Shown here: positions 1 to 6,384 of the stretch, piece after piece | Layout: the number at the start of each line of letters is the position of its first letter | Position numbering within the stretch: position 1 is the stretch's first letter | Origin: a virus | Lineage: Duplodnaviria > Heunggongvirae > Uroviricota > Caudoviricetes | Strand: one strand, 5' to 3' | IMG/VR virus record: IMGVR_UViG_2711768048_000004 | DNA length: 9,452 bases | Made by a program: the position numbers and the translations under genes | The notes under the pieces: generated by a model | What the model was told of the DNA's origin: nothing | Database searches by the model: none | Seen by the model: only the letters and a program-made list of their open reading frames with translations

Positions 1-519
1 TTAATCTTTTTTTATTAAACTTTCACTCGTATAAATCAATTCCGCAATATCTTTTAAATGCCATTGCCGCTCAATATTAAAACTGATTATTCCAGTAATT
101 TTACAGGTAAATGTATTTATATTTGTTAGTATAAATGAATTTACACTTTCGCGTTTTTTGAACATGGCAAGTAAGGATATACATAGTCTTTCTTTTAACC
201 AAAGGGAGTGTGAGTCTGCTATTTTAATCCCTTCAAACAGAGAAAAAACAAGCGATAATGGAGGTTCCTCTTCAGCAATATAGCCATTCTTATCAAGAGT
301 AAATTTGCCAGGCAGCTCATTATTCACGTCGATAAAAAAGGATAAACATGTTTTCTTATCTATATCAACAATTCTTAGTTTAGAGGGGCATACTGGTAAC
401 TCCCTTCTAATTTTGTCGCTTACAATAAACAATGAATTTTTTTTGAACGAGATAACTCTCCTGTTTATAATTAAATCAAATGATTGACAGATGAAAACTA
501 CGGAGCAAACATAATCCAT
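1..519 (-). CDS. appY: AraC-family regulator, AppY-like, N-terminal 172 aa only; ends at a TAA at positions 1-3 just as the HTH region begins, so it is probably truncated
   Basis: The 172 aa ORF is recalled as matching the AppY N-terminal region. Its last residues ([19 protein letters not shown]) look like the start of an AraC-type HTH, but the ORF stops there. A T7 homopolymer (plus strand 7-13) sits right next to the stop. Confidence 0.65.
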
Positions 520-1064
520 CTTGCACCTATCATAAAATTAAAACAAGTTGATAGTAGTCAAATAACAACCAATTAAATACACAATCATAATCAGGATGAT
601 GTGCATTTATATTTTTATACACAAAATTATAGTTTGCAAATTTTAATAAATTTCATTTAAGATTAAATTATTATATGTATGTTGTTTTTTATTCTAACTT
701 ATTTCAAAGTTACATTTTTCAACGCTTACTATGCTTTTTATTAACATAAACTCACTACAACGCACCTGAAACCTCTTGCTATATATATGTCAACCGTTTG
801 AATTTAAAATAAAAAGAGTATCATTTTTACTTGCATTTCTTATCAAGTCACATTCAACAACAGTAAAAAAACATTATTAGAACCATTCAATTAACAAAAA
901 ACCAACATCCAGCTTGCTTAATTTTTCTTTATTAAACGATATTGAAAATCAATTGATAAAATACATCTAAACAACCTTTTGGGGCGCAAAAGCATAACAT
1001 CAAACAAACAAATAACACACCGAAAAAACTCACAATTAATAACCTATGATATACATACTGTTTA
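520..1064 (-). promoter_or_regulatory. Long AT-rich non-coding region upstream of the appY-like gene (promoter/leader, possibly nucleoid-protein silenced)
   Basis: About 545 bp that is highly AT-rich with no ORF above a few codons on either strand, lying directly 5' of the appY start at 519. Confidence 0.35.
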
Positions 1065-1325
1065 TTATAGTTGAATAAGCCACTCGATATCTGGTGCTAC
1101 GGAAGTGTCCACACGGTTTAGCAGCACCCGATACTTTTTTCAGGCTTCCAGCAACGATCTTTCTTCCTCCGTTGCGATTTCCAGATCTACAGCATCCTGC
1201 AGTGGCGCAATATACTCACTGAATTCCTGGATGTAGAACTGTGTGGTGACGGTCTTCCAGCCATTCGGCTCCTGCTGTATTGAAGCATACCAGGCTATTT
1301 CAATATCGCTATGCTGCGGCAGCAT
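1065..1325 (-). pseudogene. tfaX: Tail fibre assembly protein (lambda Tfa-like) C-terminal remnant with an in-frame TGA
   Basis: The 61 aa ORF (1140-1325) ends ...EYIAPLQDAVDLEIATEEERSLLEA, matching the lambda Tfa C-terminal region. Past the TGA at 1140-1142 the same frame continues KKYRVLLNRVDTSVAPDIEW to a TAA at 1065-1067; in lambda Tfa the corresponding residue is Trp (SLLEAWKKYRVLLNRVDTS). Confidence 0.6.
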
Positions 1326-1463
1326 TTAACCCCTTGTAATTCATTGCCATAATTGATTTAATTCACAAATAAAACTATAACATGGTGAAATTAATAAAAA
1401 AACACAGATGATGGGGCTAGAATTTACACACCACTTACCCTAAAGCTTTATGACTGGTGGGTT

Positions 1464-2048
1464 TTGGGAGTATCAAATCGGCTTGCATGGGGATGTCCTA
1501 CAAAGGAACACCTTCTTCCACACTTTCTGGAACATTTAGGTAACAACCATCTGGATATTGGTGTTGGAACTGGGTTTTACCTTACTCACGTACCTGAGAG
1601 TAGTCTGATATCTTTAATGGATTTGAACGAAGCTAGCCTGAACGCGGCATCTACAAGGGCTGGGGAATCAAAAATTAAACATAAAATTAGCCATGATGTT
1701 TTTGAACCTTATCCCGCGGCGTTACATGGTCAATTTGATTCCATTTCCATGTCTTACCTTCTTCACTGCCTGCCTGGAAATATATCTACAAAAAGCTGTG
1801 TAATACGCAATGCGGCGCAGGCCTTAACTGACGATGGAACTCTATACGGAGCCACAATTCTTGGCGATGGAGTTGTGCACAATAGCTTCGGTCAAAAACT
1901 GATGCGCATTTACAATCAGAAAGGCATCTTTTCAAACACAAAAGATTCCGAAGAAGGCTTAACACATATACTCTCAGAGCATTTCGAGAATGTTAAAACC
2001 AAGGTTCAAGGTACTGTAGTAATGTTTTCCGCTTCAGGAAAAAAATAG
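1464..2048 (+). CDS. ybcY: Class I SAM-dependent methyltransferase-like protein (ybcY-like); possibly 5'-degenerate
   Basis: Contains a motif I-like glycine-rich stretch (LDIGVGTG) followed by an acidic residue (LMDLNE) and a hydrophobic block (FDSISMSYLLHCLP). There is no in-frame ATG upstream of motif I, only GTG at 1458 and TTG at 1464 with weak RBS. It is convergent with the tail-fibre remnant downstream. Confidence 0.55.
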   Translation: MGVSNRLAWGCPTKEHLLPHFLEHLGNNHLDIGVGTGFYLTHVPESSLISLMDLNEASLNAASTRAGESKIKHKISHDVFEPYPAALHGQFDSISMSYLLHCLPGNISTKSCVIRNAAQALTDDGTLYGATILGDGVVHNSFGQKLMRIYNQKGIFSNTKDSEEGLTHILSEHFENVKTKVQGTVVMFSASGKK

Positions 2049-2055
2049 CATCCAA

Positions 2056-2088
2056 CCGCAGCATGTTCTTGCTTAAGACGTGCTGCGG
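2056..2088. other. Hairpin between convergent genes (possible bidirectional terminator or RNA stabiliser)
   Basis: Inverted repeat ccgcagcatg (2056-2065) / cgtgctgcgg (2079-2088) with an inner tctt/aaga extension and a 4-nt loop. A U-run follows on the minus strand only after an 8-nt spacer. Confidence 0.3.
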
Positions 2089-2102
2089 CATAATCCCAAT
2101 GA

Positions 2103-2636
2103 TTACTCCCTGACAGGGTTCGTAGGCCACTCAATATCAGGTGCAGTTGATGTATCAACACGGTTCAGCAACCCTTCCGGCTTATTAGCAGAATATGCTG
2201 GTGACGTATGAATCGTCACGCTGGCATTACTGGTATAATCCCATTGAATATTTACACCAGTCGCATAATTTCCGATTGCAACGTAAATATCGTAAGTATC
2301 ACCAGATGTATTGACCCAGGCAAAATTTGTAAACCCTGTCGATGTGCGCTGCCATAAAGCACCAGTAATCCCCTTCGGATTACCATTACCTGCACGCAAA
2401 ACAAGTTCAGATATACCTGCCTGTTGAGGTGACCCCACGTTAAATCCCGCGCCACCAATCAACGTAATTGAAACAACAGAACTCGCCTGTGGCATGGTTA
2501 CCGTTGCTAATTTGAACCAACCAGCACCACCGCTGAATGACATTGTTGTTGAGTTAAGCGTACCAATATCTTTCGGCGTCAGTGTTATATCCGCTGAAAG
2601 CGCCTTACCATTCACCTTACGGGCAGAAGGCATCAT
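2103..2636 (-). CDS. Phage tail fibre / tail-fibre-assembly family remnant (tfaD-like) with a lambda-Tfa-type C-terminus
   Basis: The N-terminal part (VNGKALSADITLTPKDIG, glycine-rich repeats GGAGWF, IGGAGFNVG) looks like a tail fibre or adhesin. The C-terminus (LLNRVDTSTAPDIEWPTNPVRE) matches the lambda Tfa C-terminus. The DNA at 2128-2175 is roughly 75-80 percent identical by eye to 1081-1125. Confidence 0.5.
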   Translation of the reverse strand: MMPSARKVNGKALSADITLTPKDIGTLNSTTMSFSGGAGWFKLATVTMPQASSVVSITLIGGAGFNVGSPQQAGISELVLRAGNGNPKGITGALWQRTSTGFTNFAWVNTSGDTYDIYVAIGNYATGVNIQWDYTSNASVTIHTSPAYSANKPEGLLNRVDTSTAPDIEWPTNPVRE

Positions 2637-2732
2637 TAACGGATAACGCCAGCGTCGCGGGTGCCTCTCCGGCAGTCAGGCTGTCACCGGACACCGCATC
2701 CGTCAGGCGGCTGATCCCAAGCTGGCCTGCAA

Positions 2733-2765
2733 GCGCACAAAAGAAAACCCGCGCATAGGCGGGTT
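2733..2765 (-). terminator. Rho-independent terminator on the minus strand
   Basis: Stem aaacccgc (2745-2752) / gcgggtt (2759-2765) with a 6-nt loop; on the minus strand it is followed by TTTTCTTTTGTG. Confidence 0.45.
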
Positions 2766-2791
2766 CAAGCATAAGCGGCTCATTAAAGGCC

Positions 2792-2959
2792 ATGCTGGCA
2801 ATATGCGGGAGATTTCCTAACCAAATGATTGAACAAATTAACATCGCTCTTGAGCAAAAAGGGTCCGGGAATTTCTCAGCCTGGGTCATTGAAGCCTGCC
2901 GTCGGAGGCTAACGTCAGAAAAGAGAGCATATACATCAATTAAAAGTGATGAAGAATGA
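2792..2959 (+). CDS. Small hypothetical protein, possibly ylcI-like (44-55 aa), with a ribbon-helix-helix-like motif
   Basis: Reading from the ATG at 2825 gives MIEQINIALEQKGSGNFSAWVIEACRRRLTSEKRAYTSIKSDEE, stop at 2957-2959; an in-frame ATG at 2792 is an alternative start. The RBS is weak and the ORF is below the 60 aa track cutoff. The assignment is from memory of a DLP12 small ORF in this position. Confidence 0.4.
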   Translation: MLAICGRFPNQMIEQINIALEQKGSGNFSAWVIEACRRRLTSEKRAYTSIKSDEE

Positions 2960-3123
2960 ACATCCCGCGTTCTTCCCTCCGAACAGGACGATATTGTAAA
3001 TTCACTTAATTACGAGGGCATTGCAGTAATTGAGTTGCAGTTTTACCACTTTCCTGACAGTGACAGACTGCGTGTTGGCTCTGTCACAGGTTAAGTAGTT
3101 TGAATGATTAGCAGTTATGGTGA

Positions 3124-3330
3124 TCAGTCAACCACCAGGGAATAATCCTTCATATTATTATCGTGCTTCACCAACGCTGCCTCAATTGCCCTGAATGCTT
3201 CCAGAGACACCTTATGTTCTATACATGCAATTACAACATCAGGGTAACTCATAGAAATGGTGCTATTAAGCATATTTTTTACACGAATCAGATCCACGGA
3301 GGGATCATCAGCAGATTGTTCTTTATTCAT
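3124..3330 (-). CDS. ybcW: Small uncharacterised prophage protein (ybcW-like, 68 aa)
   Basis: A 68 aa ORF with an ATG start and clean composition, sitting in the DLP12-like position divergent from the ybcV-like gene. Confidence 0.65.
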
Positions 3331-3615
3331 TTTGTCGCTCCATGCGCTTGCTCTTCATCTAGCGGTTAAAATATTACTTCAAATCTTTCTGTATGAAGGT
3401 TTGAGCACGTTGGCCTTACATACATCTGTCGGTTGTATTTCCCTCCAGAATGCCAGCAGGACCGCACTTTGTTACGCAACCAATACTATTAATTGAAAAC
3501 ATTCCTAATATTTGACATAAATCATCAACAAAACACAAAGAGGTCAGACCAGATTGAAGCGATAAAAACGATAATGCAAACTACGCGCCCTCGTATCACA
3601 TGGAAGGTTTTACCA

Positions 3616-4026
3616 ATGGCTCAGGTTGCCATTTTTAAAGAAATATTCGATCAAGTGCGAAAAGATTTAAACTGTGAATTGTTTTATTCTGAACTAAAAC
3701 GTCACAATGTCTCACATTATATTTACTATCTAGCCACAGATAATATTCACATTGTGTTAGAAAACGATAACACCGTGTTAATAAAAGGACTTAAAAAGGT
3801 TGTAAATGTTAAATTCTCAAGAAATACGCATCTTATAGAAACGTCCTATGATAGGTTGAAATCAAGAGAAATCACATTTCAGCAATACAGGGAAAATCTT
3901 GCTAAAGCAGGAGTTTTCCGATGGATTACAAATATCCACGAACATAAAAGATATTACTATACCTTTGATAATTCATTACTATTTACTGAGAGCATTCAGA
4001 ACACTACACAAATCTTTCCACGCTAA
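3616..4026 (+). CDS. ybcV: DUF1398-family protein (YbcV/YdfO-like), 136 aa
   Basis: The C-terminal region ([43 protein letters not shown]) matches the YdfO/YbcV family as recalled. The ATG at 3616 has a GGAAGG RBS 7 nt upstream. Alternative starts are the ATG at 3574 and the TTG at 3493 used by the ORF track. Confidence 0.7.
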   Translation: MAQVAIFKEIFDQVRKDLNCELFYSELKRHNVSHYIYYLATDNIHIVLENDNTVLIKGLKKVVNVKFSRNTHLIETSYDRLKSREITFQQYRENLAKAGVFRWITNIHEHKRYYYTFDNSLLFTESIQNTTQIFPR

Positions 4027-4316
4027 ATCATAACGTCCGGTTTCTTCCGTGTCAGCACCGGGGTGTTGGCATAATACAATACATGTACGCGCTAAACCCT
4101 GTGTGCATCGTTTTTAATTATTCCCGGACACTCCCGCAGAGAAGTTCCCCGTCAGGGCTGTGGACATAGTTAATCCGGGAATACAATGACGATTCATCGC
4201 ACCTGGCATACATTAATAAATATTAACAATATGAAATTTCAACTCATTGTTTAGGGTTTGTTTAATTTTCTACACATACGATTCTGCGAACTTCAAAAAG
4301 CATCGGGAATAACACC

Positions 4317-4610
4317 ATGAAAAAAATGCTACTCGCTACTGCGCTGGCCCTGCTTATTACAGGATGTGCTCAACAGACATTTACTGTTCAAAACAAACAG
4401 ACAGCAGTAGCACCAAAGGAAACCATCACCCATCATTTCTTCGTTTCTGGAATTGGGCAGAAGAAAACTGTCGATGCAGCTAAAATTTGTGGCGGCGCAG
4501 AAAATGTTGTTAAAACAGAAACCCAGCAAACATTCGTAAATGGATTGCTCGGTTTTATTACTTTAGGCATTTATACTCCGCTGGAAGCGCGTGTGTATTG
4601 CTCAAAATAA
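4317..4610 (+). CDS. bor: Bor outer-membrane lipoprotein (serum-resistance protein of lambdoid phages)
   Basis: The 97 aa product is a near match to lambda Bor as recalled. It has a lipoprotein signal peptide with lipobox LITGC and is transcribed opposite to the lysis genes, as in lambda. Confidence 0.9.
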   Translation: MKKMLLATALALLITGCAQQTFTVQNKQTAVAPKETITHHFFVSGIGQKKTVDAAKICGGAENVVKTETQQTFVNGLLGFITLGIYTPLEARVYCSK

Positions 4611-4641
4611 TTGCATGAGTTGCCCATCGATATGGTCAGCT

Positions 4642-5103
4642 CTATCTGCACTGCTCATTAATATACTTCTGGGTTCCTTCCAGTTGTTTTTGCATAGTGA
4701 TCAGCCTCTCTCTGAGGGTGAAATAATCCCGTTCAGCGGTGTCTGCCAGTCGGGGGGAGGCTGCATTATCCACGCCGGAGGCCGTGGTGGCTTCACGCAC
4801 TGACTGACAGACTGCTTTGATGTGCAACCGACGACGACCAGCGGCAACATCATCACGCAGAGCATCATTTTCAGCTTTCGCATCAGCTAACTCCTTCGTG
4901 TATTTTGCATCGAGCGCAGCAACATCACGCTGACGCATCTGCATGTCAGTAATTGCCGCGTTCGCTAGCTTCAGTTCTCTGGCATTTTTGTCGCGCTGGA
5001 CTTTGTAGGCGATTGCGTTATCACGGTAATGATTGACCGCCCATGACAGGCTGACGATGATGCAGATAATCAGAGCGGATATAATCGCGGTTACTCTGCT
5101 CAC
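4642..5103 (-). CDS. Rz: Rz i-spanin (inner-membrane spanin subunit)
   Basis: Near-identical to lambda Rz as recalled ([10 protein letters not shown]...YINEQCR). The likely start is the GTG at 5103-5101, overlapping the endolysin stop (GTGA); the track start at 5115 is another upstream GTG. Confidence 0.9.
4701..4883 (-). CDS. Rz1: Rz1 o-spanin lipoprotein, embedded in the +1 frame of Rz
   Basis: The 60 aa product has a signal peptide with lipobox VVVGC and a proline-rich segment ([15 protein letters not shown]), near-identical to lambda Rz1. AGGAG RBS 7 nt upstream of the ATG. Confidence 0.85.
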   Translation of the reverse strand: MRKLKMMLCVMMLPLVVVGCTSKQSVSQCVKPPRPPAWIMQPPPDWQTPLNGIISPSERG

Positions 5104-5597
5104 TGTTGCCCCCACAAACAGACTTCACGCTCAATCTCACGACGAGTCATCAGGCCTTTCCATTGCTTACCGCCAGCGTATGTCCAGCGACGCAGCTGAT
5201 CACATGCGCCTTTGATATCGCCCTGGTTTATTTTGCGAAGAAGCGTCGATGTTCTAAAATTGCCAGCACCCACGTTGTAAACGAATGAGTAAAGAGCGCC
5301 GCGCGTTGTTTCCGGTATATCGACTTTGATATACGGGTTAATTTGTCTGGCGACAGTGGCAAGGTCTTTATTCAAGAGTGCTTTGCATTCTGCTTTGGTA
5401 TACGTTTTACCGAGCATGATGTCTTTTCCGGTGTGTCCGTGACATACAGTCCATACACCAACAATATCTTTGTATGGTATGTAGCTGACACCTTCCAGAC
5501 CATCGTTACCACTTGGGCCAGTGATTAACACTGATGCTATAGCAATTGCTCCGCCACCAATAGCAGCAGCAACGGCTTTTCGTAATGATGGAGGCAT
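5100..5597 (-). CDS. R: SAR endolysin (phage 21 R-type lysozyme with N-terminal signal-anchor-release domain)
   Basis: 165 aa with an N-terminal Gly/Ala-rich weakly hydrophobic segment ([20 protein letters not shown]) and the T4-lysozyme-like catalytic spacing E-x8-D-x5-T ([16 protein letters not shown]). The start overlaps the holin stop (TAATG). Confidence 0.9.
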
Positions 5598-5812
5598 TAT
5601 TCACCTCTCGCAGCCTTGCGCTTATCTTCTTTAATCTTGAAATAAAGGTTTGTCAGGTACGTCAGCAGGCCAAATACCAGGCTACCCAGCACACCTATTG
5701 CTGCCCACTGTGAGGGAGTGACTTTATCTAGCAGCTGTAAAAACCAGTACCCGGCACTACCTGCTGAGGTGCCATAGGCGACACCCGTTGTTAACTTATC
5801 CATGGATTTCAT
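5597..5812 (-). CDS. S: Pinholin (phage 21 S-type, class II holin) with a dual-start motif
   Basis: 71 aa beginning MKSMDK (Met1 and Met4 give antiholin and holin forms), with two TMDs including a Gly/Ala/Ser-rich first TMD. Strong RBS GAGGTGG upstream. Confidence 0.9.
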
Positions 5813-5923
5813 AACCCCACCTCGCAGACAAAGCGGGTGTAAATTGAGGGAATACTACGAAACGTAACAGACTCGGAGTCAGTGAATAACTCAGGTATTG
5901 GGTTATCAGCTAATATCGAGACT

Positions 5924-5957
5924 CAAAAAATGGAAAAACCCGCTCGACGGCGGGTTT
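5924..5957 (-). terminator. Strong rho-independent terminator on the minus strand, upstream of the holin
   Basis: Perfect 8-bp stem aaacccgc (5936-5943) / gcgggttt (5950-5957) with a 6-nt loop; the minus-strand transcript continues TTTTTCCATTTTTT. Confidence 0.5.
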
Positions 5958-6384
5958 AAGCTGTGTGACGAAGTAACCACTCTTAACAGCATAACCAATT
6001 TTTTACGTACGTAAACCACTAAATGATATTTGAGAGAATGCTACCGAGTATTGAAAACACCACTACAAATACATAAGCAAATCTCAACAAATAACCAAAA
6101 AATAATTTCCAGTGTTATTTTTAGCCGGTTTAAATTGAACCTTCAAATTATAGAGCACTTATAAATAACAGCCGTTAATATAAATTGGCTAATAGATTTA
6201 TTTTTATTCAGCCAAGAGCCATGAATAGGATTCGATAGAAAAAAGTTCAGATAAAAATAGAGATCTACTTCACAAATCAAACGAGAAACCAAAACTTACA
6301 TCTTGAAATAATCACATTGATTAGATGAATATTTATCGCGCAGTGACATCATTTTTTAATAATAGTTCAAAAAAAGGGCTCACG

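Noticed and set aside
305-487. 60 aa plus-strand ORF inside the appY-like gene
   Set aside because: An antisense frame in AT-rich DNA with no RBS or recognisable similarity.
2252-2458. 68 aa minus-strand ORF nested out of frame inside the 2103-2636 tail-fibre remnant
   Set aside because: It is an alternative frame of a better-supported ORF and has no independent start signals or recognisable similarity.
2617-2889. 90 aa minus-strand ORF overlapping the ylcI-like ORF
   Set aside because: It contains a rho-independent terminator hairpin (2745-2765) on its own strand, has only a weak RBS and no recognisable similarity. The overlapping plus-strand small ORF is also uncertain, but was favoured.
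3163-3496. Plus-strand ORFs of 68 and 79 aa overlapping the ybcW-like gene and its promoter region, and the TTG-initiated extension of the ybcV-like gene from 3493
   Set aside because: They are antisense to or upstream of better-supported genes. The ybcV-like ATG at 3616 has a good RBS, whereas the upstream extension runs through the AT-rich promoter region.
4591-5528. Plus-strand ORFs of 60-70 aa antisense to Rz and the endolysin
   Set aside because: They overlap confidently identified lysis genes on the opposite strand, with no RBS and no recognisable similarity.
6325-6384. Upstream in-frame ATG that would extend the porin N-terminus by 20 aa
   Set aside because: The Sec signal peptide ([23 protein letters not shown]) must be at the N-terminus, and the ATG at 6385 has a plausible RBS.
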